A DNA stretch of 64,000 nucleotides, taken from positions 7,092,750 to 7,156,749 of the forward strand of contig NC_134029.1 in assembly GCF_964204645.1 (NCBI RefSeq). Reading direction: 5' to 3'. The position numbers and the translations under genes were made by a program. The notes beneath the pieces are model-generated. The model did no database searches. It was not told the DNA's origin and saw only the letters and a program-made list of their open reading frames with translations. This DNA is from Tubulanus polymorphus (lineage: Eukaryota > Animalia > Nemertea). Below, one piece after another: positions 50,701 through 64,000 of this stretch (its first letter is position 1; each line of letters begins with the position of its first letter).

Positions 50701-53342
50701 ACCTTACATAACTTCAATCGTTTGTTGCATTGCTTTTCCAGGGTTCGATCTAAGGAATAAAAACCACTTGCCCGAGGGGGCAAGCATACGTACCTGAAAT
50801 TCCACTTGCCCCCTAAAACTACTTTCCCTACTTCCGTGAAGCTAAAAAAAGCTGGAAAAATATAACAACAAAAATTATCAAAACGATTAGAAGCTTTTAT
50901 TTTCAATAATTCATTAAAAATTAAACAATCAAACAGGAAAATGTATCAAAAAGCATTTTTTTCAGAAACATGTCTTCCAGGTTAGTTTCCCCATGTAAAA
51001 AACATGTCAGTCTACAAAAATGAGTCGTACTCAATTATTACCGTTGTATCGATTGAGAAAAGACATGAAAATGCACTAGACCGGTGGACAAGTGATAATG
51101 ATGACCTGCTTTCCCTATACAGATATGATTAATAGTTCATTCTATGCCCAGTTGATACCACCTTTTTGTTCCAGAAAAGAAAACCGTAATTTTCACCACC
51201 GCGCCTGGAAATTGTGGGAATTTTCGACAGTCTAATTTTCTAATGTATTTTTAGTGCACAACTACGCAAAATAGATATACATACATACAAGCTGCAAATA
51301 GAGACCGATGTAGGGACAATCATAACTTGTTTACTTCGCAGGGTGAAATGAGTTGTTCAGAAAGACATATATACAACTATATCTTTTTTACGTAGTAAAG
51401 GCGCCCAGCTTTTGTTTCTCTGGCCTCTGGTATCGTTTTTCCTCACAGAAAATAAAGACGTAGTGCAAAAGTACATGGCGCTGAATCTATTTTGTAGAAG
51501 CAGTTTCAAGTGGGCACGCAGATTTTATCGAATCGCTATGATCCTATATAAGGTGGTTCGGGGTCGGAGACTACTGCCTTCTCATTGAGGCTACCCTTTA
51601 CCAGAAATTGCACCTTTCGAATGTATTTCTACAAAAATAACTAACACTGAGCGTGGGATGCGCCTGTAGCCTCTAGGCGTGTCTGATCTTTCCCAGGAAT
51701 GCTTTTTATTTCTTGATGGACCTCACCTTCCAATTTTCCTAGATCCGCCCCTAGCACATGACACAAAACTACACTGCCAATTTGAATTCCGTAATCCTGC
51801 GCGTGTTTTTAATGTATACAGGAAAAACGGCATATCCCAAGACCTAAAGGTACGTACATTTTATCTACGACCACTTTTAAGTGCCATCATAGACTGTAAA
51901 AATTCCTTTTCCGCGATGGTGCGATGTAGGCCTATTGTGGAGTATGATGCCAACGTAGAAACTTGATCTAGCAGTTTGAAATCGCAACTGTCATTAATAT
52001 TGCCGGATGTAAATCAGTATCGCGTCAGTGTCCAAGGTCTCCACTATTCGTTTCGATGTATGATGAATTGATTGTCAAATGAACTGCAGATATTTACGCT
52101 ACGAGCTACAAGACGATTGAGGCCGAAAGATTTTATAAAGCATCATTTACAGCCACGTATAAATCAAACGTTTGAACGCGCCGAACGCTAAATTGCGGTT
52201 TCTGGCTCACAGCATGAATTCAGCTACTCGGAAAATGTTCATAAACATTCTCTGAGTTGTTCACCCAATGTTTTGTAGTTGCGAAAATTGTTTGGTCGGA
52301 TATGCGGAATTGCGCGCAATGTAAATATCAATTTTCACATCCCAACTCTCATATCAAAACACATTTGATATTTATGGGATTTTCTAACGAAAAAAAAAAG
52401 TTCCGCTACCATTAATTTACCATGCAGAGATGTTTGGGGACAATCCGCTGAAGATATCCACGGTGATCGTATATATTAGCATTACCATTGTGCCTAATAT
52501 TCGAAATGCTCCTTACATCCACTCAAAACAGGCTCAAAACCTTATTATCATTAAACTAATTTCGCTCGTATCCATGAGTATGGATATATATGAATGTAGG
52601 TGTAATTAGTTTGAATTGCCTTGTGTCTCCATGACAATTATTGGAAAATGTCCTTTTTACATTGATACTCACTAACATTCAGTCGACACGATGTAACCGT
52701 ATTTTCGCATTGGCTATTGACGTAATGCCCGACGATTCGGATACTGATTACCTTACTCGCAAAGATAACACACAGACGGTGATTAAGAACCAGACATTGA
52801 CGTCATAATGGGTCAGCCGTGACTAGTCGGCGAATTCAGGCGAAGGTATCGCCACATGGACAAGCACGAAATGTGAATTATAATCCCAGCTAGCCTAATT
52901 GTTGATAGACCGGTAATTTTTTTGAATTCTTAATCCGCAACCATAGTTAAGGGTCACCGTGGTCGCGATGAAGAAAAATGTGGCAAACTTCTTCGACGAC
53001 ATCTGAGGCTCGTTGGGTGAAGGGCTGACATCAGTAAAAATTACCTTATCGCTTATTCATTAATATTGTTATTTTTTCTACACACGCGACAATATTGTTG
53101 AATAACATCGATCGGCAAGCCGCTATACAGCAAAATACAATAGGATAATTTCTAAAACAAATTTACTGCGACAGATCAATTTGCTTTCGAATAGTTTGTC
53201 AAGTACAGGATTAAGATTTATATTATTCTATTTTTTAAGTTGTTTTGTTAGCGAAAGATAGAATCGCAGTGGGAACTCTCATTCGGGAACTCTCGTCGTC
53301 ATTGTTTATGTCAGTCAGCCCGCCAGGTGGTGTTCGTCAAGA

Positions 53343-53477
53343 GGGTTCTGTTTCATGAACAAGTTTTAGCTTTTTTCTGAGTTTTACCTTTGAGAGCAAA
53401 ATTTGAAGATTTTAACCAAAAGCAATAACACAAAAAAATTAAAAGTTGAGCTATACCTTTTCGTGCAACGGGGGCCC
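53343..53477. mobile_element. Degenerate Harbinger-like MITE
   Basis: GGGTTCTGTTTCATGAA / TTCGTGCAACGGGGGCCC. Confidence 0.5.
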
Positions 53478-54896
53478 AGGAATATTTCCAATGTTGATAT
53501 GCTCCAGCTCCGTCGCGATGTTGCAGAAATCTACGTGTAGACTAAGTCTATGTTGTGTCTGGTGCAAACGTCTTCTTGCGCAGCGGCGGATAGCGAACAA
53601 AAACGCACGATTTGCACGCTTCGTCGTATTTTAATTACACGCAAATATGGTTGTTATCGAGAAAATCACGCATAACTGAATATGTTGCTCCCACGTGGAG
53701 ACCAATCACCGCAAGATGATTATTCGTTATTTCCATTAAAATCGCATCTATCGATCCTTTCACAGTCGGCAGCAACTATGTATCTGATAGGAACTGAGTA
53801 TATACTACACAATTATTTTACGGATCTTTTGCCCACTATGGCGCATCTTTTTAATAATCATTACGTCGAAGAATGTTATGCATCGGTGATGCGCAAAACC
53901 AGATTACCACCGTGTGCGTATAGAAGCGCAAAGACTGCGGCTGCTGAGACGTGGCTCGACCGTATAATGTTATTTTCTTTCGATTAATCGCCGGGCCGGT
54001 TCGATTCGTATTGACCCGTTGTCGAAATGTTAACATAAGATTTTGAATAAGCGAAGAGTTATTTACATAAAAAAGGAAAAGTTGTGCTGGTGTGGTACGG
54101 AATATTTCCCTATGTTCAACTGCATTTTTTTCTGAGTTTCTGGAATTCAGGCGTTCATATACACATTAATTACCTTATGTAGGAAATCAATATGTTTAAA
54201 TAAAATGTGAATAAATGTCATCGAGTAAAAGGTGCTTTAGTAGCTCTTGTAAAGATTTTACAATCAATTACATCGGCAGATGCGATTGTAATTGACGTTA
54301 ATTTTCCTTTTCTAAACGAAAAAAAAAAAATCAATCTCAGAATCTGTTTATCTGACATTTCTCAAATACATGTAAGAGGAAAAATTTTTTCAACATCGAG
54401 TTTCTACGAAATAGCACTTCTATTGCAGTCTTCGTATCATACGGCGAATCGTGATCTTTTTTGCCTTGGCACGAGATGCTCGCAGCTATATACCGCTTGA
54501 AGTTAAAACGACCTTATCAATATTTGCATGATAGATGACAGGGGATTTCAATGATCCTTAGTTCAAATCGCCGGCTAAGCAGAAATGTCTACAGACCGAC
54601 GTGGAGTGGTGTCGCGTGATGAAAATCGGCACTTATACGCGTGACCACCGAACGGGTTTTATTTCTCGTCGAATGAATTAACTTGCGCCATTAAGGAAAT
54701 GGAGATGTCAACGTCGCTTTATCCCCGCGGGCAGGTGCTAAACCATGTTTTATACGTAACCCGAATGCTGTGCACGTCACCGCCGGCAGAAGATAGCCGC
54801 CGAACATGCGACAACTTGAAACAAAATAATAAATCACACATTAAAAGATTGTCGCGCAAAAGAAACTCGAAAGAACGAACGACCGACACCTAGAGG

Positions 54897-54987
54897 GGCG
54901 CCGGAAAACCCTGTTAGCCTAACCAGGGTTAGTGGTTTATCCGTGGTTACGCCGCACGAAATCGTGGTTACAGGGATTTTCCTGCGC
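54897..54987. mobile_element. Small TIR element
   Basis: GGCGCCGGAAAACCCTGT / ACAGGGATTTTCCTGCGCC with internal (GT)GGTTA repeats. Confidence 0.6.
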
Positions 54988-56024
54988 CTACCCCTGGGGA
55001 AAAGGACAATTAGGTTTAGAATACTTTCCGGAGGTGACCCAGAGATCTATGGCCTACCTGAGAGATTTGATCACATTTCCCCGATTTAACAGTGGTATGG
55101 GTGGAGTTATGATTCGAAGAGCATATTTTATTTTCATTTTGAATTGAATGCAGCAAAAGAAAATTGTATCAATTTTCATCAGAACGTTCCAGAACGTTGA
55201 TGCGTAACAATGATCATTAGTATAAATACAAAATCTATCTTCGGAGACGATCAGGATATTTTTGCATCGACACATTTATAATCTGGCTAAACAAACCTGT
55301 TATTAATCGTGCCCGTATTCAATTCATGTAATCACTAAATTGCGTGTTGATTTGGCAGAAACGAATAAGATTCTCATTAATCAAAATTTAATTAACCAAT
55401 CCCAGTGGCGTAGGCTATAGACCATCGATTTCAATAATGATACGGAAACGTCCTACAACATTATCACCATCTCATAGATATTACATCGCAGTGGCTTTTC
55501 CGTGAATACATGTGTATACAAGTTATTCCACCAAGGGACCAGCAAGCTCTACAGTGACGCCATCCAAGTCGAAATCGAATGTTTTTCAATCATTACCAAT
55601 AATCAAATTTTATTGGTACAGAACTGATAGATATTTGGGTTTAAAAAGTAGGATCATTAAACCAAGAAGGGGGCCTATGTTTGTCAGTATCCTAACCGAC
55701 TCGACATTGGTAATATGAAAAATGGACATTTCAGCGGGCTTCTCTAGATTCCTTTAAAAGGTTCCAACAAAGATTTGCTTCTTGCGTAAATAACGATCAC
55801 TTATTTTTCAATTCGACGCCACCGATTTGTATCTCTTCTGATAAATATTTCATATAACTCCCCGTTTCGAGCCGGGGCGATGCAGCCTCTACCACGATAC
55901 GCTCTGAAGTGAGCTCGCTATTTTCACCGCGTGTTCCCTTAGTTGCTAGTGGCGCTTTATTCTCAGGAGAGCGTATCATATTAGCCGGTGAGTAAACAGT
56001 ATCGTCGAACTGTTCAACAGGTTG

Positions 56025-56343
56025 ATTCAGTCGTATTTCATTACGTATACCGCGTTAGTCCCGGACAAAGCTGAGATGTTCACAGGCGATCGGGTAGTTC
56101 TGGTATCTTCTCCGATCGGGTTGTTAATATCCGTTTTTATCGCGACGTATAGCCGCCGAGGAAAGTTTGTCATATCGCGAAGCGTTCCTTCCGCTCAGTA
56201 ACGTGTAATCGGAAGATTTTCGTTTTGTCAACAGGTAATGAGGATTTACCCAGGCGTTCGTGTGTACGTTTATGGACTAGATAAGCAGTTCAAGCAGAAG
56301 AGCAATAGCCGTGTAATCTAAACGAAGAACTCTACAAATTTTG
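56025..56343 (+). other. Candidate non-coding exon of a + strand gene whose CDS lies outside the window
   Basis: CpG-rich block 55800-56340, TCAGTC Inr-like motif at ~56027, donor TG|GTAAGT at 56343/56344. Confidence 0.25.
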
Positions 56344-57379
56344 GTAAGTAGGTTTTTTGGATTTTCATTCAGACATTCTACGAGATTCCCAATAGCGCTT
56401 TTCGACCATGTGCCCTATCAATATCTCCTAGATTTTGCTAAATTTTCCAGAAATTCCGTAACTTGGTTAATGTTTTCTCAATGAAAAACGCAATTACGCT
56501 GAAATATTTGCGGGTACCACCGTCGGGGTTTATCACCCCGGTATCCCAAGCATAGGAAGATACTATATAGGAAAGACGGTTTCGGGCATCTTTTTGATGG
56601 GAACCATGCCGGATACGCTTGGCGAAAGGGCCAGCTGATCACGTGAGCGTGGGAATTTCAAAGCAGACTGCATGTAATTGTGCAGTATACGACGAACGCA
56701 GTGTAGAATCGATGCGAGAGCCAACGACACGGCGGCGACCATGCCACAGTCTCTGGTTGTCAGGCAACACTCAAGAACATCGACAAATAAAACATAGCTA
56801 ACGACCTGAGATTCGCTCTATAGATCCATATCATCGGCTTAGGAAGTTTCTCTCCGATTTCGTAAACAGAAAGCTAGATATACAATTCATCACCGGTTTA
56901 GTGCGGGTTTGACGGTCTTTTAATTGAATGGGTAAGAACACATCGGGTTTGAACGCGGGGAATTCGATTCCAGTACCGAATTTATAGATTGACTACAAAC
57001 CGTTTAAACGTATGAAATAACGTAATTTCCGGTTAGGCGCGGGTGTTGTCATTTTATCTCGCAAAGAGGAAGTAACACCGTTTCATTAAATCAAAAGGTT
57101 TGGGCGTGTGTGTTCTTTGAGAGCGAAAAAATACACAGCTACCCGAGGGAATAATGTAAATATATACGTTATTTACTACGACGATGCGTTTGGATTTTTA
57201 TTCACCCTGCTGTCATTATGTTCTGGTAGAATTTGACACTATCGTATCCGGTTGCAATACGTTTATGCCTTGATGCAGCCGTGGAGGTGGCTTCTCTACC
57301 GTTGGCACCCTGTTCAGTTAAATCAGAGAGGTCTCTCGCACCTCTCTTATTAGATCCTAGAGTGAAAGTCCTAACAAGT

Positions 57380-57508
57380 AGACATTGCAAAAAATGCCAA
57401 GGCCAACATTTTGATTTCAACAGTTTATTTCCACGACCTGTTTCGACTGTGGCACACAAGTCTTCTGTCAAAATCAAAATGTTGGCCTTGACCTTTTTTG
57501 CTATGTCT
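57380..57508. repeat. Inverted repeat with ~44-bp arms and ~41-bp spacer
   Basis: AGACATTGCAAAAAATGCCAAGGCCAACATTTTGATTTCAACAG versus CTGTCAAAATCAAAATGTTGGCCTTGACCTTTTTTGCTATGTCT. Confidence 0.75.
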
Positions 57509-60500
57509 CATATTAGTTGCACGAGTGAGAACGTGGCTGCATCAGTCAGTTTAAATTTTTTGGACCGTTTGCCTTCGCCAGTTAGATATCAATGCGCTTA
57601 TTTTTCAATTAATTTATTTTATCCTTCACTCAATCCTACGCAACTTAAAGATGATAGAATCTATATAATCATTAGATTGGTAGTGAATGATTGGCGTTAA
57701 AAACACTTAAAACTTCAACCCTTAAATGCTGCTTGCATTAGATCAAAACGCTCAATTATCCCATATTACGCAGAAATGGCATACATTTGAATATTTAATT
57801 TTTTTTCATTACCCATTTTCATCCAATTTATCGCGTTTCATTTGTTCTATTCACTCAAATCAATTCCCTATACCGCAATTTGTTCGATGGCGGTTTTCAT
57901 GCGATAGCGGCTATGCTGGTGAAACGACGGCTGTGTCCGTGCGGCAAAACAATAAATAGACATCAGACCGGCTCAACCGATCCCTCGGGGGTAAATGATC
58001 ATAGAATTACTGGTTTTAATTTTGTCACATCCGACCAGTAACGAAGCCACAAGAACGTCTGCATATACGTGTATGTATGTTTGTTGTGGGTACACTGATA
58101 CGAAAGTCGATTTTCTCTTGAAAGCCTTCATTAATTATTGCAGTATTCGAATAGTTAAACAACCATACAGTGGGACGATTTCAGCATTTTTTCAGCGCAC
58201 TCTTTCTGCACTTTGAATTGTTGATAAGGTTTTAATCTGTTGTTTGAAGCGCGACGTGTTCGACTCGCTAAAACGCCGTGTAGACAACGATATAAACATG
58301 TATGCGGTTTTGGCCATTTATTTGGCCTCCGAGTAAAATACCATGAGATATTCCTCTTCAAATACGGCAAATCGACTACAGAACTCAACCTATCATTTTA
58401 CGCATGGCAAATTTGAATCATATTTACGATTTATTGAATAGATTAGAATATCGTGGACGCCATTTTTTGCAGCTCTTTTGATTGTCCTTGCCTACTAAAA
58501 TAATGCTAATACAGTAAGCAAACTGTTTCCTTTAGTTTACAATCATGTGTGAAAGCAAATGATGCAGCTGATACAGTCGTACTTCGATACAAATCAATCA
58601 AATCATATATGCCATTTGAGTACACTCAAACCATGCTCAAAACCTATTTAGTATGCGTATATTCGTGCATATCAGACACTTATTCTGTCAGTTTTACATG
58701 AGTTGGATATCGAGTTACAAAAATATGATTTCCATCCATAACCGTTTCTAGGGAACGTCACACAATATTACTCTCTATTAACCACAGTCTCTTAAGTCCG
58801 ATCGCGCAGTCCAGCTTAAAGGTATTACAATAAAACCTGATCAAGACAACTAGGATACCATGTTGATGTAATCAAATCAGGGATTGAGAATGTTTTTCTC
58901 ATTTTTTTTTTAAGTGTCCGCTCGGGAACAAATTACACGGATAATGACTGACAGCTAAGCTTCAATTTGTTCTGACCCTAGAACTCCACTAGAAGTCCAC
59001 TTTACCGATCGCATAAGAAATCTGTTAATCTGATAGTAGGCAGGAAGAGAGTTTATGATCCGGATGTGCTATCTCAAACCGGAATACGACAATCGGACTG
59101 GTCCCTGGTCATTGGCGAGAGATGAACTCTGAGCGCTGCGACGTTTAGAAGCTATATCGACCGTGGGATGCAAATAATGTCACGGAAAATTACTTTCATT
59201 ATTCAGTGACTGTTCAATTTTCGGTGATTGATTCACCGCGTATGGCGTGGAGTAGTTGGTTCCGAAACGGAATCGCCATATGCAAACATACGTAGTACGC
59301 TTCATTCTAAGAAATCAAACCTGTGGTCCCTTAACTGGTATCTGCCGTCTGAGCAACTGCGTTCTAAAGGAATCCCAATGACAGTGTAATGGCTGGTGAT
59401 AAATTGAACAGTATTTAAAAGCTGAATGGTCGCGGGAACTTTAATGCGTGAAATGCGAGAATGCCGCAAATTGATTCTAAGCAGCTAATGCGTAATTCAT
59501 CATACGTTAAGTAAGATAACGTTAAGAAAAAGATGTTTAAAACACGAATCGTTTTCCTGTGCGAGAAAACGGTCTTCATCGATTCAAGACAAGCTTATCA
59601 AGATCCAGAGGTTACAGCAGCTCAGATCTAAGGCCAGTTTACCCATATAATCCAGTCTAATAATCAATTTTAGACGACTATATATCCAAACTCTCACCGT
59701 GCAACCGATCTGTAGTTACATCAGAATATTCACTTTCTCTTCCGGATTTCGACCCAGACGACTGCATACCACGTGACGCGGACTGATTCCATCTCGCACG
59801 GAATTTAATAGTTAATCAGCAAATCGTCTGAAATTCGAAAAGCAATTCGGAAATGAAATCCAATCGATTACGAGTTTAATGTTCATCGTCTCCGTTCGTG
59901 ACGTTCGCGTATTTTCGTTGAATCTAATTTCTTTGCTTAATTTTGGAGATCAGGGCATGTCATTTACTTCGCAGTAAAAATAGATTGGCGAAAATGAAAG
60001 GCGAAAATACTGGACGAGTGTGTACCAAGAACAGGGCTGTTTCCCGTGCAAATCCGGGTATAGTCGATTCTGAAGAGTTGTCGGTACCCAATATATATAT
60101 AACATAAGAATACTCCCTGCGAGTAGAAGAATGGCTTTGTATCCTTTGGCCATATTACGAGAGGGGATGCGTTTTCAATCCATCTGTTCCCGCCCTGTTT
60201 GAGATTGAATATGTATCTTGTTATAAAGCCCCGTACTAAAAACTCAATCACAACGCTATACAATAAAATTTGACAAAATTCTTATAGGACACGATGCAGA
60301 ACTAATCAAAATAGGTGCTACGAGAAGGGTCTCGGAAATTATTTTCTATTTCTATTTATGATGTGAAAAAAAGTAATCAGTAAGTCCTTATTCATTCAAC
60401 ACCGCGCTTTCTCTCGCTAAAGCAAGAGGTTTTCAGCGATTTCTCAAGATAATATTTCCACGGTTGCCTGTTGACTCGTTCATTGCTGTAGCTGTTAATG

Positions 60501-63500
60501 ACATGTATGACGTGCTAGCTTCTAACAAGTATCTCTCGAAATCAAATGGAAACGTTGGATAGATACATTGCAACTAGTATGCAATCATACATGTTAATGA
60601 TTAAGAAAAATTTATTGCTATGAACTATAATACAGAGCCTGCCCTGACAGACCCGATGTCGTCGATGTTTTTTTTTTGACGCCGTAAAACAGTTATGATA
60701 ATCTTTATACACGTTGATGCCTATATGCGTTATATGAGGGACCTGCGTGAGTCGATGTGCACTCATTACTTCATCAATATTGGTATTTTAAAATAACAAT
60801 TATATGCAATTATGAATTTTGGCTTCATTATTTTATTGATGTGCATCAATATATCGAGGCTAGACTGGTTGCCGGTCAATTCAATTCCATTATCGATACA
60901 CTCGGATCCAAAGAAACTTTATTGATCCTAAAACATGGTATTATTCATATGACAGGTATATCATTTTGATTGTTGACGATATCAAGCGATATATGTGTTA
61001 CTTTTCAAGGCGTGAATAAACTTTCAAGTTAGTTTTCTTGTCACGACTTCATATTACGATGCCATGATTATGATTACGTAAATGAATTTGCATGCTCGCT
61101 GGACGCTAGAACTCAGTTCTATCGATGTTAGCTAAATTTTGAACAAGGAGTCTCGGGGAATAGGGATACTCATGTCATACAATGTTTTAAAGGTTTAGGA
61201 AGCCCATAACGTGGCTGCAATCTAAGTTGTTCGAATATCTGCTCGAATTCAAATCTTTCTAATGCGATTTACATCTTCTTCGTAATTTTTTTCTAAATTA
61301 TACTCGACTCTACTTGATTTGAGGGTTGATTCATCACTGCGTCTTTCTGTAATTACGAATTTACTGGAGACCACTTGGCAGTTGTGCGCCGTTTGACAGT
61401 AATCAGATCTTCACCACCAGATTGCTCGCCGGAAATCAAACACCGACGGAACAGTCGATGATTTGCTCTGCCGCAGTACCCTTACACCGACTGTGTTTTG
61501 TTATTGCATTCGGGACGATATTCTAGAAAACCATGCTTCGAAATCAATCTGATTCGGGGATCTTTGTTGATTGACTCCTCGGTACAACAGCTTGCATGAC
61601 TGTTCGTACGATCAACTAGATACGATTGTCTGTCTTCTTATTTATACAGAATATTAAAACCCGACTGTAGATGAAATGGCGATATCTGGGTGTAGCCTAT
61701 AAAGTTAAGTAGTCACGCAGCTCAAGTCTGCCCCTGACGATGAACACACGTTTATTACTGTCGCATCGCATGCTAGAAGAGTCTCGCATGAGCAATATCT
61801 ACAATCAGTGAATCTCTGTGCTCCGCGGGATAACGAGAATTCGCTATTTTCCGTTCGTTTAACGGCGCCGTATACAAAATCGTTCGAGCTCACCAACAGG
61901 GATTGTATACACCATCCATGTATTCTTTAACATCAGTTATAAAAGCAGTTCAAACCACTAAAGAGAAGAAGAATGATAGCATTTTCGTCCTTCTTAGCAA
62001 AGTAAAGCAGTCGATTTTTAGTAGTTTTCGTATGTATCTTAATAAGATACGGCAGTTACCTACGCACACGAAGACAATCAAGGATTCATCGCCATTGGAA
62101 AAGGCATGATCATCGGTGAATAAAGGCCTTTAGATGGAATTGTTGAAAATTAGAAATGGTTTAAATCAGCCAAGTCTGAGAGTTTTGAAAAAAAGAATTC
62201 GCATTGGATGAGTTTAAAACACGGCAAACATTCGAATGTATCATTAATGCGCTAGTAGCGTGGTGAGGACATTCACCAAATACAAATATCAATCGATTTA
62301 CCATCACGTGGCTTGAAAAGAAACATTTGCTCAGATAATCAATCTTAATCAATCAAAATGTCGCCTGAAATGTAAACAAACCGCCGAGAGCTATAGCCAC
62401 TTCCGTATTGATGTGTAACTACGTCAGTGCCGTAGATAAATTCTGAAAATGTGAAGAATGATTTATCTTGAATGAAACAAGGTAACGAAATAGGTCCTAT
62501 ATCAAACAGACTATTCAAAATAGAACCTCTTACCTATAAATCTTGATCGGAAACCTACGTATGCGCTAACTCAACTGACAGACATAAGCCGTAACAACCC
62601 CCCTCGCCGTATCAGAGGCTGATCCAAGGGGTTTTAGGGAGTCTCGGCCGCCACCCCCATACCCCCCACCTAGCTCCGTGTTTGAAAAATTTCTGATATT
62701 GATATCAATCATATTAATGATGAAACTAACCACAATTCAAATCTTTATCGATTGATTTTTCGGCGTCTGCCAGAAATTAACGTATAGGTAATGCACAAAT
62801 CTTTATGAATGCTTTAGGCCCTTAATTGCCTTGATTACTCTTAGGCCTTTGTTATTACTATCATTTTCATTAATATTACTGCCGTTTTGTTAAAAAAGAT
62901 TTGGCTTATAATTTATGATTTTATTCGAAATTATATACCGGCGCGAAGTCCTCGTGTGTGATAGGTTCATTTATAATGACAGACGACCGATCGATTTCCT
63001 AACGTAAAGACCAGCTCGACTCATCCATCACGCTGTAGCGTTAAAAAATCGAACCGTGCACTGCTCGATTAGCCTAAACTAGCCTTATATAGAAAAAAAT
63101 CGTTCGTCGCTCAGATCCGACAGGGGTCTCAAACGACGACACGCACCGGCTTAGCCGTGTTTGCATGTCTTTTATCGGCGACACAGCCGAGTAAAGGATT
63201 CGGATTTATGCTGTCATTGTTTCGGATGAGAAGACTTTTAGTTTGGAAGCTCTTGAAAAGCACAGCGCAATGACTTACACGGTCTCCGTAGCGCAACTAA
63301 ATTGAATTTCAGATCGTACCTTTACGTGATTTGCATGCGAGCAAATACAACGAATGCAAACTATATCGTTTGTCGTGTTGTGCGAACGTCTTCCACTTGT
63401 TTCCACATTGATAAATTACTTGTTAGAAAGATCTCCAACAACCAGCACCAGATTCAAACTGAATTCGTTAATTCTGTAATAGCGAGCAAAACAATGAGCA

Positions 63501-64000
63501 AATGAGCTAATGAGCAAAATGAATGTCATCATTTGTTTTCCAATAGTTCGCCATTTGGTTGGTAGGAAATGCCTATAGTCCCGCTGTTTTTTTTGTGTTT
63601 GGTAGAAAACCCAGATCAGTTTCCATAGGAAATTTTCCCAAAACCAAAATCGGTTTTCTGTGCTTTTCTTTTTGATTTCCGATGTATTCTATATCAACGC
63701 ACTTATGATCGAACTTAACGTTTAGTTCAGTTCATCCATTATCCATCTTTAGGATGAACTCTTGTACACACACAAACACAAATACACCATCAATGCCAGT
63801 ACCATTCTCGCTACCAATGCTCACGCATATAACCAAGGTACAGTAACACTTAAATCAATTAGTCTTGAGGGGGCTCTTACCGGTAAATGTTTACCAGTTT
63901 ATTCAACGGTAATAGTTACAGTCGGAATTGACCTCGTAGTGTAGATGACAGAACCCCGATAATTGATTCACCGGTCCACCTCATAGGCCTACGATCGGCG

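Noticed and set aside
57233-57700. 155-aa ORF
   Set aside because: It overlaps an inverted repeat, starts at a non-ATG codon and has no recognisable domain.

Overview
This is AT-rich eukaryotic genomic DNA from an invertebrate animal; a lophotrochozoan is my guess and the sequence does not prove it. Two protein-coding genes are supported, and they lie tail-to-tail. The first is a class A peptide-type GPCR of the FMRFamide/sex-peptide/myosuppressin-receptor-like group, with a single coding exon on + (27138-28292). The second is a complete multi-exon furin-like proprotein convertase on - (coding 45599/45707 down to 30489). I could reconstruct it exon by exon with GT-AG sites, consistent phases and the intact Asp/His/Asn/Ser catalytic residues. 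Its 3' end has two duplicated, apparently mutually exclusive exons that each supply the last P-domain strand (W-x-L-V-x-x-G-T). One leads to a Thr/Ser-rich tail without a clear transmembrane helix (~682 aa). The other leads to a Cys-rich, transmembrane and cytosolic tail (~763 aa). The rest is non-coding: candidate 5' UTR exons and promoters, many short non-autonomous DNA transposons (Harbinger-like with CWG target duplications, Tc1-like, hAT-like, several nested), a dispersed repeat and microsatellites. I found no prokaryotic-type system, CRISPR array, rRNA or convincing tRNA. I cannot claim a wholly new biological system. The best leads are the furin isoform switch, the receptor/convertase arrangement, a back-to-back promoter and a self-nesting MITE.
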